Assembly (NCBI GenBank): GCA_964524955.1
Contig: CAZGEP010000004.1
Coordinates: 3,627 to 67,626, forward strand
Direction of reading: 5' to 3'
Source of the DNA: an uncultured Planctomycetota bacterium
GTDB taxonomy: Bacteria; Planctomycetota; CAZGEP01
DNA length: 64,000 bases
The notes beneath the pieces are model-generated. The model saw only the letters and a list, made by a program, of their open reading frames with translations. It was not told where the DNA came from and made no database searches. The position numbers were made by a program, and so were the translations under genes. The first letter of the stretch is position 1, and every line of letters starts with the position of its first letter. Below, piece by piece: positions 19,021-28,820 of this stretch.

Positions 19021-20802
19021 TTAGGGTGCGTGTTTTAATATTTCTTTTTTCAGTGAGAAACCCTTGGGACGGGGGCCATAGTGCGGCAGCGGTCTGCCAC
19101 GCTCATACGCTCCCAGATCCGGCGCCTTGCCGGTAAAGCCGTCGTTGAAATTCGGAAGCCGAACACCTTTGTCCAGGGCGTCGGAGTTCTTGCCCGGCCG
19201 CAGGTCGAAGTCCTCGGGTTTGTATACTCTTCCAACATTCTTTGGCACGGGATCCTTCATCTCAAAACAGGTTTTGTTGTCAATCAGAATCACCGGATGC
19301 CTGTTATAGATGGATGATTTCTTTGAATTAATTTTGATATACGGTCTTCCGTCCTTACCGGGAGCACCTCCGAATCCGTCGTTCTGCATGTCTGCGAATT
19401 GATACCATCCGGACTGCGTCGCATATCCGGCTCTGGAACCGATAAAGAGGTTGTTCCGCGTGATCAGGTTATCTGTACGGTCCCGGGGATCCTGATGCAG
19501 GCCCAGGCCTTTGTTTACAAAGGTGTTGTGATAGATCACCGCCCCGGAGCTTCCGCTGTTAATACTGTATATCTTCAGGGGGGCATGCGAAGAATTGTAT
19601 GCCACGTTTCGAAAAATATAGGCCGGTCCGCCACAAATCGGCTGCGTGGTGTACCCGTGACAGGTATTGATCACGCGGTTGTCGTAATACCGTGTATTGG
19701 CCAGGGTGAAGTCGGCTTCGTATCCATCATCCTCACAGATGCTCGCATCGTTGTTATGGATATCTGACGCACTCAGAAAACCATAACGGCAACCGTGAAC
19801 CCCGTCTCCAATATTTTCAAACCGGTTATAGCAGATCACATGACCGGAACCGGTGATAAATGTGCCATACCCGCCGGTAATTCCTGTACGGGGCCAGACA
19901 CCGAATCCCCGGAAATAATTATCACTGATAAAATGGTGTTGCGAGGCGTAGAATCCACCGTTATGAGCTATAAACCCAACCTTAAAACCAAGAAACCGGC
20001 ACCTTCTCAGAACCCAGTTACTTCCTTTGTGTGCGCAGATCAGGAAATGCCGATTCTGAAAGGTCACATCCTCAAACCAGATATGACTGGTGGAAACAGC
20101 GCTGACCAGGCGCCCGCCGGTTTTCCGGCTCTTGCCGCCGTTAATGATCGTCTGTTTGGCATCCGTCCCCCTGAAGATAATGGGTTTGCCGGGTTCGCCG
20201 GATGTCCGGATAGTCAGTGTTCCGTTTACATACACGCCTTTGCCCAGCAGGTAGAGCTCTCCGGCATTGGCACGGCTTACTGCAGTCTGAAGACCGCGGA
20301 TCGGATCCTTCTTTGTTCCGGTCCCACCCGGTTTGCCGTCACCCAGTGGAACAACATGATAAATTTTCATTCCTTTGGGCTCCATGGGTTCTTTCCAGGT
20401 CTTCATGTTGAGCAGTTTTTCGGCCTTGCCACCGTCCGAATCGCTGAGCATAAGCTTGACCTCATACTCTGTGTCCGGAAGCAGATCGACAATACTGCCG
20501 ACAAAGAGCCAACCTTCCTTGACGTTATGCAGGGGCGTGTGATTTTTCGGACTCCTGTCCGGACGCCCGCGTACAAGCGGCATCCCTTCGCGCCACTTAT
20601 CTGCTCCTTTCTGCCTGAACTGTACATTCACCACCGCGTTCGCGTTCTTATCTCCGAAAATTTCCCAGTGCACCCCCAGACAGTGGAGTGTGGACGGATA
20701 TTCCAGCACCTTGCCGGGCCTGGATGAATTCTTCCACTCGGCGTTAACGTTTCCGACAACAACGAACATAAAACCAAAAATTACCAACAAAAATCTCATC
20801 AT
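19021..20802 (-). CDS. Secreted right-handed parallel beta-helix protein (pectate-lyase/polysaccharide-lyase-like) with an N-terminal Fn3-like domain
   Basis: Signal peptide, 'NNDA' motif and beta-helix repeat pattern. Paralog of 20807..22597. Confidence 0.5.
   Translation of the reverse strand: MMRFLLVIFGFMFVVVGNVNAEWKNSSRPGKVLEYPSTLHCLGVHWEIFGDKNANAVVNVQFRQKGADKWREGMPLVRGRPDRSPKNHTPLHNVKEGWLFVGSIVDLLPDTEYEVKLMLSDSDGGKAEKLLNMKTWKEPMEPKGMKIYHVVPLGDGKPGGTGTKKDPIRGLQTAVSRANAGELYLLGKGVYVNGTLTIRTSGEPGKPIIFRGTDAKQTIINGGKSRKTGGRLVSAVSTSHIWFEDVTFQNRHFLICAHKGSNWVLRRCRFLGFKVGFIAHNGGFYASQHHFISDNYFRGFGVWPRTGITGGYGTFITGSGHVICYNRFENIGDGVHGCRYGFLSASDIHNNDASICEDDGYEADFTLANTRYYDNRVINTCHGYTTQPICGGPAYIFRNVAYNSSHAPLKIYSINSGSSGAVIYHNTFVNKGLGLHQDPRDRTDNLITRNNLFIGSRAGYATQSGWYQFADMQNDGFGGAPGKDGRPYIKINSKKSSIYNRHPVILIDNKTCFEMKDPVPKNVGRVYKPEDFDLRPGKNSDALDKGVRLPNFNDGFTGKAPDLGAYERGRPLPHYGPRPKGFSLKKEILKHAP
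19040..19739. repeat. Copy A of a roughly 0.7-kb near-identical direct repeat (about 600 bp are 100% identical) shared by the two beta-helix genes
   Basis: 19141..19739 is identical to 20939..21537 (offset 1798 bp). Confidence 0.85.
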
Positions 20803-20806
20803 ATTC

Positions 20807-22597
20807 TTATTCCTTTGCCTGTGGCGCGTATTTCAGTATCTCTTTTTTCAGTGAAAAGCCCCTGGGCCTTGGGCCATAGTGCGGAAGCGGTCTGCCACGC
20901 TCATACGCTCCCAGATCCGGCGCCTTGCCGGTATAACCATCGTTGAAATTCGGAAGCCGAACACCTTTGTCCAGGGCGTCGGAGTTCTTGCCCGGCCGCA
21001 GGTCGAAGTCCTCGGGTTTGTATACTCTTCCAACATTCTTTGGCACGGGATCCTTCATCTCAAAACAGGTTTTGTTGTCAATCAGAATCACCGGATGCCT
21101 GTTATAGATGGATGATTTCTTTGAATTAATTTTGATATACGGTCTTCCGTCCTTACCGGGAGCACCTCCGAATCCGTCGTTCTGCATGTCTGCGAATTGA
21201 TACCATCCGGACTGCGTCGCATATCCGGCTCTGGAACCGATAAAGAGGTTGTTCCGCGTGATCAGGTTATCTGTACGGTCCCGGGGATCCTGATGCAGGC
21301 CCAGGCCTTTGTTTACAAAGGTGTTGTGATAGATCACCGCCCCGGAGCTTCCGCTGTTAATACTGTATATCTTCAGGGGGGCATGCGAAGAATTGTATGC
21401 CACGTTTCGAAAAATATAGGCCGGTCCGCCACAAATCGGCTGCGTGGTGTACCCGTGACAGGTATTGATCACGCGGTTGTCGTAATACCGTGTATTGGCC
21501 AGGGTGAAGTCGGCTTCGTATCCATCATCCTCACAGACAAAGGCATCATTATTATGAATATCCGAAGCACTCAGAAATCCCCATGCGGTACCATGAACCG
21601 CATCCCCGATATACTCAAACCGATTGTAGCAGATTATATGACCGGATCCGGTAATCGTGGCTCCGTAACCGCCGGTAATGCCGGTTCGCGGCCACACACC
21701 GTATCCGCGGAAATAATTGTCACTGATAAAATGGTGCTGCGATGCGTAAAAACCTCCGTTATGCGCAATAAAGGCGGTCCCGAAACTCACGAACCTGCAC
21801 CGTCTGAGCACCCAGTGACTGGCCTTGTGTGCGCAGATCAGGTACTGGCGATTCTGCAAGGTTACATCTTCAAACCAGATATGACTGGTGCAGACCGCGC
21901 TGACCAGCCGGCCGCCCGTCTTATGGCTCTTGCCACCGTTGAGGATGGCTTCACCGTCACCAGCTCCCCGAAAGATAATGGGTTTACCGGGCTCACCGGA
22001 TGTTCGGATAGTCAGTGTTCCGTTTACATACACCCCTTTATGAAGCAGGAAGAGATCGCCGGCGCCGGCCCGGTCCACAGCGGTCTGAAGACCGCGGATC
22101 GGGTCTTTCGCTGTGCCGGCTCCACCCGGCTTGCCGGTGCCCAACGGCACGACATGGTAAGTCTTCATGCCTTTGGGCTCCATGGGCTCTTTCCAGGTCC
22201 TCATTGTAAGCAGCTTGTCGGCTTTTCCGCCGTCCGGATCCCTGAGCATGAGTTTGACTTCATATTCTGTATCCGGAAGCAGGTCCACAACACTTCCTGC
22301 AAAAAGCCATCCATTCTTTACATTATGAAACGGTGTACGGTTGGCATGGCTCCGGTCCGGTTGACTGCGAAAAAGCGGCATCCCCTCGCGCCACTTCGCA
22401 GCCCCCCTCTGCCTGAACTGAACATTCACTGCCGCGTTTTTATTCTTATCTCCGATAATTTTCCAGTGCACCCCCAGACAGTGAAGTGTGGACGGGTACT
22501 CCAGCACCTCTCCAGGCTCAGAGGAATCCTTCCACTCGGCAGAGACAAGCGAAGAGCAGCAGAACACAACACATAAGATAAAGGATAGAATCCTCAT
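20807..22597 (-). CDS. Secreted right-handed parallel beta-helix protein, tandem paralog
   Basis: About 75% identical N-terminal half and essentially identical C-terminal half compared with the upstream gene. Confidence 0.5.
   Translation of the reverse strand: MRILSFILCVVFCCSSLVSAEWKDSSEPGEVLEYPSTLHCLGVHWKIIGDKNKNAAVNVQFRQRGAAKWREGMPLFRSQPDRSHANRTPFHNVKNGWLFAGSVVDLLPDTEYEVKLMLRDPDGGKADKLLTMRTWKEPMEPKGMKTYHVVPLGTGKPGGAGTAKDPIRGLQTAVDRAGAGDLFLLHKGVYVNGTLTIRTSGEPGKPIIFRGAGDGEAILNGGKSHKTGGRLVSAVCTSHIWFEDVTLQNRQYLICAHKASHWVLRRCRFVSFGTAFIAHNGGFYASQHHFISDNYFRGYGVWPRTGITGGYGATITGSGHIICYNRFEYIGDAVHGTAWGFLSASDIHNNDAFVCEDDGYEADFTLANTRYYDNRVINTCHGYTTQPICGGPAYIFRNVAYNSSHAPLKIYSINSGSSGAVIYHNTFVNKGLGLHQDPRDRTDNLITRNNLFIGSRAGYATQSGWYQFADMQNDGFGGAPGKDGRPYIKINSKKSSIYNRHPVILIDNKTCFEMKDPVPKNVGRVYKPEDFDLRPGKNSDALDKGVRLPNFNDGYTGKAPDLGAYERGRPLPHYGPRPRGFSLKKEILKYAPQAKE
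20838..21537. repeat. Copy B of the beta-helix gene repeat
   Basis: See copy A. Confidence 0.85.
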
Positions 22598-22971
22598 AAC
22601 AAGTCCCTGTTCTGAAAGAGTGGAAAAAAGTATACGGAAAATGTATTTGCGTTATATACCAGCGTAAGCCAGCTTGTGTTGAAAATTTCAGAATTTCTTT
22701 TTTAAAAGTCGGTTACACAGTTTTTTACACCATGAAACCTTGATTTTTCTCTGCATACATATACAATTTACAGGTACTTCTCAGAAAGGAGAAATAATGA
22801 AAAGTCAGAATAAAATCACACGTGAAAACAAGGAGAACAGTTTTCGCATGAAATTCGGGAACATCAGGAAGAATACACCCAAAAGCACATTGATAATGCC
22901 CACGCCAATCAAACCCGTAAATATCACATAACCGCCGACAAGACTTTCCATTATATATCTGGATAAAAGGG

Positions 22972-23458
22972 TCAAACCCAGTCCACTCGCGGCAAGAACT
23001 GCTCCGCCGACAATAAAGGCAATACCATGCCCCCGCCCTCTGCATGAATCATATCCCGCAGATCATCACATAACATGTCTGCTGTTTTTACAGGAACCTG
23101 GCACTGAATGAAAAAATCACGAACCTCGCTGAGCGTTTTTCCTTTGCGAAGAATTCCTGCGGCTTCCTGCAGCAGAAATTCCATCCTGTCCTCGCTGATT
23201 ACAGGTTCTGTAGCTGTTTCTTCCGATTTCCATTCTTGGATCTGTGGCTCTTCAGCAACCGTTTTCTCTGCACTCGCCTGCGCAAAAAAGTCCGTACGAT
23301 TTTCACGAATTTCACCCTGGATACCCTGTCCACAGCAGGAGCTGCATTTCAGCTGATCCAGCCCGAAACATTCTGAACATAAACTCTTTCCGCCGACAAA
23401 ACAGGTATTGACAGCAGGTCGATCCGGATGGTTTGGACAATGCGCCATGTGTATTCTC
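22972..23458 (-). CDS. Zinc-finger (B-box/zinc-ribbon-like) protein. Probably the 5' part of a frameshifted ZnF-TM gene spanning 22781..23458
   Basis: 'MAHCPNHPDRPAVNTCFVGGKSLCSECFG'. GGGGAG RBS. A +1 frame downstream encodes two TM helices with no start codon of their own. Confidence 0.45.
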
Positions 23459-23622
23459 CCCAAGTAAGAATTCACTTGCATATAGGTATAATATAATACC
23501 GTTTTTCTGACTGTCAAGAGGGAAAACGGCATTTCCGTTTTACACTGGATATCCCTGATCGAATATATTATAATCCTCTGACTGCAGACATTGCATTCAA
23601 AACCTTTATTCGAGGATATGTA

Positions 23623-25098
23623 ATGACCGATAAACCCAACATCCTGCTGATCCACGCTGACCAGCACCGCTATGACTGTCTGGGAGCCTGCGGTAACACA
23701 GACATCAAAACACCCAATATTGACAGACTTGCGCAGGACAGCGTTGTCTTTGACAACAGTTTCTGCCCGCATCCAGTCTGCACCCCGTCGCGGTACTCTC
23801 TGCTGTGCGGCCAGTATATTCACCAGCACCTGGGCCTTACCAACACAAGTACACTTCCCCACGGCATGCCGACACTGCCCCGATCGCTCAAGGCAGAAGG
23901 GTACACGACTGCAGCGGTGGGCAAGATGCACTTTACGCCCACGTATCTGGATGTCGGGTTTGATGAAATGCAGCTGGCTGAACAGTGCGGCAAGGGCCGC
24001 TACGATGATGACTACCATCGCTGGCTGCAAGACCAGGGACTCTGCGACCGCCTGGATATGATCGACCAGGTCAATGAATTCCGGGAACGCGCCCCTGATG
24101 AATACTGGGAGAATTTCGGCGCATTCCAGTCAGACCTGGATGAAGCGCATCACTCCACAACCTGGATCGGTGACCGTGCCCTGGAAAAAATTGAATCTTG
24201 GGACAGCGGACCCAACTTTCTGATGGCAGGATTTATCAAGCCCCACCACCCCTTTGATCCGCCGGCACCATGGGATACCATGTACAATCCGGATGAACTG
24301 ACGCTTCTGCCCGGCTGGACCGAAGAACTGATTCAAGGCGATACCGGCGAATCCTTTTTTGCCTACAAAAACCTGACTGAACAATCCCTGCGCCGCGTCA
24401 TGGCGCTCTACTACGCATCCATCTCTCAGATCGACTTCCACGTTGGCCGGATGATCGACCGTCTCAAGGAAAAGGGCCTGTACGACAACACGGTGATCGT
24501 CTACACCAGCGACCACGGGGATTACATGGGATATCACCACCGCATTCTCAAAGGCTACAGAATGTTCGAACCGCTGGTGCGCGTCCCCCTTCTGATCAAG
24601 TATGCTGCGGACACGGTTCCGGCAGGCAGGGATGAACGGCTGGTGAACAACATTGACGTGGCCCCCACACTGCTTCACGCAGCACAGATCACACCGCCTG
24701 AAACCATGTCCGGCATGAACCTGACTCAAGAAAGCGATGGCCCGGATTACGTGTTCGCGGAAAAGGGCGATGAGTATATGGTCCGATCCCGGACACACAA
24801 ACTGCTGCTCAACCGCAACCCTGACAGGTCCATGTTCTTTGATCTGACGCGCGATCCGCTGGAAATGGAGAATCGCATTAACGACGATCAATACCAGACC
24901 GAGATTGCAGCACTCCGCGACCGCCTGTACGAATGGGCGCTCTTTGACAGCCGTGCAACCAATCACCTGGATCACAATGCTCCCCTGTGCCCATCAAAGA
25001 ATGTTTGTGACGGAGACACTGGACTCTATGAGCACTTCAAACCCATTATGCTGAAAAACGAAGACCAGCCCCTTGAACCGGAAACCGAGCGCAACTGA
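23623..25098 (+). CDS. Sulfatase with canonical C-T-P-S-R motif, no signal peptide
   Basis: 'CTPSRYSLLCGQ' and 'GKMHF'. RBS 'gaggat'. Confidence 0.85.
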   Translation: MTDKPNILLIHADQHRYDCLGACGNTDIKTPNIDRLAQDSVVFDNSFCPHPVCTPSRYSLLCGQYIHQHLGLTNTSTLPHGMPTLPRSLKAEGYTTAAVGKMHFTPTYLDVGFDEMQLAEQCGKGRYDDDYHRWLQDQGLCDRLDMIDQVNEFRERAPDEYWENFGAFQSDLDEAHHSTTWIGDRALEKIESWDSGPNFLMAGFIKPHHPFDPPAPWDTMYNPDELTLLPGWTEELIQGDTGESFFAYKNLTEQSLRRVMALYYASISQIDFHVGRMIDRLKEKGLYDNTVIVYTSDHGDYMGYHHRILKGYRMFEPLVRVPLLIKYAADTVPAGRDERLVNNIDVAPTLLHAAQITPPETMSGMNLTQESDGPDYVFAEKGDEYMVRSRTHKLLLNRNPDRSMFFDLTRDPLEMENRINDDQYQTEIAALRDRLYEWALFDSRATNHLDHNAPLCPSKNVCDGDTGLYEHFKPIMLKNEDQPLEPETERN

Positions 25099-25103
25099 AT
25101 AAA

Positions 25104-26717
25104 ATGAACCCTGCAACAACCCACACCATCACACCAACTGTACCCGCGCAGAAAAGCGACCGCGTCAGTCTCTGGACAGCGGTTCGGGATTTTGTTTCTT
25201 CCAGCGACCTTGTATCACCGCTGTCCAGAGAAGACCTCGAAACCATGGCTGAAGAACTCTGCACTCAGACTGGAACCGAAACACAGTATCGTGACTTCCT
25301 GATGGTGCTGCTTAATACGGAATCCTGGAAAAAAACGGTATCCATGGTTCCCTATGAACGCCGCATGCTGCTCCTGCCTCAATGCCTGCGCACCCGGTCC
25401 GACTGCCCGGCGGAAATGGATGACCTGGGTCTGCTCTGTGAAAACTGCGACCGATGTCCGCTGGGAAAAATCACGCAGCTTGCCGAAGATCTGGGGTATG
25501 TCACCCTGATTGCAGAAGGCACCACCGTGGTCACCCGGCTCTTTGAGCAGGGAAAGATCGACTGCGTGGTCGGCGCCAGCTGCATGGAAACCCTGGAAAA
25601 GACCTTTCCCCTCAGTGTACGGGAGGCAGTGCCCTCCCTGGCCGTCCCCCTGAACAGCCACGGCTGCGACAACACATCCGTGGACACAGAACAACTGATT
25701 GAAATGATCCGCCTGAGGAATCCGGACCAGACAAGAGAGCGCATCAACATCCCGTCCGTCAAAAATGAAGTACGCTCCTGGTTTGACGCCGATCAGATTG
25801 GCAGCATCCTTGAGAGCAGCCAATCTGAAACCAGCCGGATCGCCACAGACTGGGTGGCAGAAAGCGGAAAACGATGGCGCCCCATTGTTATGGCCTCTGC
25901 CTTTCAGGCGCTCTCAGAAACCACAGCACCCTTCTCAGCAACCATAAAGAAAGCAGCCACTGCAGTGGAATGCTTTCACAAGGCATCCCTGGTTCACGAT
26001 GACATTGAAGACAATGACACCCTGCGAAACGGGCATCAGACCCTGCACCGCAGACACGGAATCCCCATTGCACTGAACATCGGCGATTATCTGATCGGCG
26101 AAGGCTACCGCTTGATCTCCAGTCTGGACCTGGACAGCCAACGCAAATGCCAGATGCTTTCCATTGCCTCTCAATGTCATCACACGCTCTGTCTGGGACA
26201 GGGAGAAGAACTCGCTATGCTAAAGGCTGATCTTCCACCCACACCACATAAACTCCGAGAAATATTCGCCAACAAGACATCACCGGCATTTGAGACCGGG
26301 CTTCGGCTCGGAGCAGCCTGCGCAAATGCAGACAGCAAAACCCATCCGATACTCTCCGCCTACAGCAGCGCCATTGGCATTGCCTATCAGATCAATGATG
26401 ATCTCCACGATCTTAACACAGACACCATAGAAGCCAATCCTGCTGTACTCAAAACATCATTTCTCCTTGCCATGGCCTGGGAATCCGCTAAAGAGGCAGA
26501 GCGAAAGGATCTTGCTCAATTCTGGAACAACCCCAATGCAGACACAAATAAAGAAAGACTGCTCTGCATTCTTAATCAGCTGAATATCCGGGAACAGGCT
26601 TCTGATATTATTGAAACGTATCAGCGTACAGCTCTGGAATCACTCAGACCTCTACAGAATACAGATCTGAAAATCCTTCTCTGGCGCCTCAGTCACAGAA
26701 TTTTTGAGGATGAGTAG
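25104..26717 (+). CDS. Fusion protein: N-terminal Cys-rich domain of unknown function (DUF116-like?) plus a C-terminal trans-isoprenyl diphosphate synthase domain
   Basis: FARM 'DDIED' and SARM 'DDLHD' motifs in the C-terminal 270 aa. The N-terminal about 260 aa have a CxxCxxC cluster. Starts 6 nt after the sulfatase stop. Confidence 0.6.
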   Translation: MNPATTHTITPTVPAQKSDRVSLWTAVRDFVSSSDLVSPLSREDLETMAEELCTQTGTETQYRDFLMVLLNTESWKKTVSMVPYERRMLLLPQCLRTRSDCPAEMDDLGLLCENCDRCPLGKITQLAEDLGYVTLIAEGTTVVTRLFEQGKIDCVVGASCMETLEKTFPLSVREAVPSLAVPLNSHGCDNTSVDTEQLIEMIRLRNPDQTRERINIPSVKNEVRSWFDADQIGSILESSQSETSRIATDWVAESGKRWRPIVMASAFQALSETTAPFSATIKKAATAVECFHKASLVHDDIEDNDTLRNGHQTLHRRHGIPIALNIGDYLIGEGYRLISSLDLDSQRKCQMLSIASQCHHTLCLGQGEELAMLKADLPPTPHKLREIFANKTSPAFETGLRLGAACANADSKTHPILSAYSSAIGIAYQINDDLHDLNTDTIEANPAVLKTSFLLAMAWESAKEAERKDLAQFWNNPNADTNKERLLCILNQLNIREQASDIIETYQRTALESLRPLQNTDLKILLWRLSHRIFEDE

Positions 26718-26738
26718 ACCGAAAGACAAGGCGTTGCT

Positions 26739-28184
26739 ATGACATCCTGGTCAATGATTTTTGGAATCTTACTGATACTGACATTGCCGATATATGGTCT
26801 GTGGAGTATCGTTGGCGCACTCAGTAGTTTTCACCTTGAAAAATCGTATAAACTGGATATCATCAAAAAAACATGCAATTTTTTGAAGGCACTCAAGCCG
26901 TTGAAAACAACTCATACAATTATTACCGGTGACAGTCGCCAGATGAATCTGGTAGAGGATCAATCCGTTCAGCTTGTCATTACATCACCGCCCTATTGGC
27001 AACTCAAAGATTACGGAACTGAAAACCAGATCGGTTTTCATGAAGATTATGAAACGTATATCAACAATCTGAATATAGTCTGGAAAGAATGTTACCGTGT
27101 GCTGGAAAACGGCTGCCGTTTATGTATAAATATCGGTGATCAGTTTGCCAGAGCAGTTTATTACGGCAGATATAAAATCATTCCAATTCGTACGGAAATC
27201 ATCAAGTTTTGTGAAAGCATTGGATTTGATTACATGGGAGCCGTTATCTGGCAGAAACACACCACAACAAATACAACCGGTGGTGCCTCCTTAATGGGGA
27301 GCTACCCAACACCTCGAAACGGTATCGTATCTATTGATTATGAATTTATTCTCCTATTCAAGAAACTTGGAAAACCTTTAAGGGTCAAAAAAGAGGTCAA
27401 GAATGAGTCAAAGTTGACCAAGGAAGAATGGAAAGAATATTTTTCCGGACACTGGACATTCGGCGGCATACGGCAGAACGGCCACATTGCCATGTTTCCT
27501 GAAGAACTGCCCAAACGATTGATTAAAATGTTCGCTTTTGTCGGAGAAACGGTCCTAGATCCATTTATGGGAAGCGGAACCACAAGCCTTGCAGCCAGAA
27601 ATCTGAACAGGAATTCGATTGGGTATGAAGTCAACCCGGAATTCATTACAGTAGCCAAAGAAAAACTGAATATCGACCAGGGTGATTTTTTCGGCACAGA
27701 GTATCTCTTCAAGAACGACCATTTTAGTCTGAATGTCAACAAAGAGTTGTCTTCTTTGCCGTATCGTTTCAGAGATCCCCACCAACTGGACAAAAAGACT
27801 GACCCAAGAATGATGCAGTTCGGTTCAAAAATAAACAATTCTGCATCTGAAAGAGAAACCTATTATTCTGTAAAAGAGATCATCAGCCCGGAACTGATTA
27901 AATTAAGCAATGGAATTATCATACGCCTGATCGGTGTAAAAGAGAAACCAAATGTCAACGGAAAAGCAACACAATTCCTTAAAACTAAAACAAAGGGACA
28001 GAGGGTTTTCTTAAAATATGACACCCAGAAACACGATGAAGACAATCACTTGATGTGCTATTTGTATTTAAAAAATAAAACATTTATCAATGCCCATCTG
28101 ATAAAAACCGGCCTTGTAGAACCGGATTGTTCGATGAGCTTCAAATACAAAGATAAATTTATGCGCCTGGGAGTGGGAGAATAA
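26739..28184 (+). CDS. Beta-class DNA methyltransferase (N4-C or N6-A) fused to a C-terminal staphylococcal-nuclease (SNase)-like domain
   Basis: Motif IV 'TSPPY' precedes motif I 'DPFMGSGTT'. C-terminal 'IIRLIGV...GKATQFL...VFLKYD...NAHLIKTGLVEPD' is SNase-like. AT-rich. Confidence 0.7.
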   Translation: MTSWSMIFGILLILTLPIYGLWSIVGALSSFHLEKSYKLDIIKKTCNFLKALKPLKTTHTIITGDSRQMNLVEDQSVQLVITSPPYWQLKDYGTENQIGFHEDYETYINNLNIVWKECYRVLENGCRLCINIGDQFARAVYYGRYKIIPIRTEIIKFCESIGFDYMGAVIWQKHTTTNTTGGASLMGSYPTPRNGIVSIDYEFILLFKKLGKPLRVKKEVKNESKLTKEEWKEYFSGHWTFGGIRQNGHIAMFPEELPKRLIKMFAFVGETVLDPFMGSGTTSLAARNLNRNSIGYEVNPEFITVAKEKLNIDQGDFFGTEYLFKNDHFSLNVNKELSSLPYRFRDPHQLDKKTDPRMMQFGSKINNSASERETYYSVKEIISPELIKLSNGIIIRLIGVKEKPNVNGKATQFLKTKTKGQRVFLKYDTQKHDEDNHLMCYLYLKNKTFINAHLIKTGLVEPDCSMSFKYKDKFMRLGVGE

Positions 28185-28820
28185 ATGGCCAAGGAATGGA
28201 TATTAAACAGCGCAATGAACCGTTTCCAGCTGAATTTCAAACGAAATGTTGGCCCTACATCAGAAAGCATACGGGCGTGCGAGCCAAAGACCCTGGAAGA
28301 GTGGAAAGCGTATTATTTCCGGGAAGTTCGGAGCAAAGACCACATCATTGATCTTGGCAAGAAACTTTACATCAAGATTACGGAAGTCATTCAAGCCGAA
28401 GTCGAGCAAATAACAGAGCAAGACTGCATAGACTATATGCTGAAGATGGTCGTTGAGAGAACATTTGATGGATACATCACTGAAATCAAAACGATATACG
28501 GACAAATAGAAAAAGAACTGGGATGCAAGGTAAAACCTTCATCGGATGAATGGGACAGAAAGTTCAACGTGGATTTCTTTATTAAAGTAAACGACTATTA
28601 TCTTGGCCTTCAGATCAAACCGGTAAACGAGGGCATTCAGCTCTCACAAATATATAAAGAAAAAGATCTTCAGAAAACAAGCCATCAGAAATTCACTGAT
28701 CAATTCGGCGGTCAAGTCTTTTATATCTTTTCTACCAAAGTCAGTGGAAATAAAATTATTAAAAATCCGGAAGTTATTGACGAAATCCGAAACGAAATCA
28801 CCCGGCTTAACCATGCCTGA
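28185..28820 (+). CDS. Putative type II restriction endonuclease (PD-(D/E)xK-like), partner of the upstream methyltransferase
   Basis: The ATG abuts the methyltransferase stop (TAAATG). AT-rich. Candidate 'E-x-D...D-x12-Q-I-K' catalytic arrangement. No other family recognised. Confidence 0.4.
   Translation: MAKEWILNSAMNRFQLNFKRNVGPTSESIRACEPKTLEEWKAYYFREVRSKDHIIDLGKKLYIKITEVIQAEVEQITEQDCIDYMLKMVVERTFDGYITEIKTIYGQIEKELGCKVKPSSDEWDRKFNVDFFIKVNDYYLGLQIKPVNEGIQLSQIYKEKDLQKTSHQKFTDQFGGQVFYIFSTKVSGNKIIKNPEVIDEIRNEITRLNHA

Noticed and set aside
23459-24030. Long minus-strand ORF extension overlapping the start of sulfatase-3
   Set aside because: The extension overlaps a well-supported sulfatase CDS on the opposite strand. 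A GGGGAG RBS supports the internal start at 23458.
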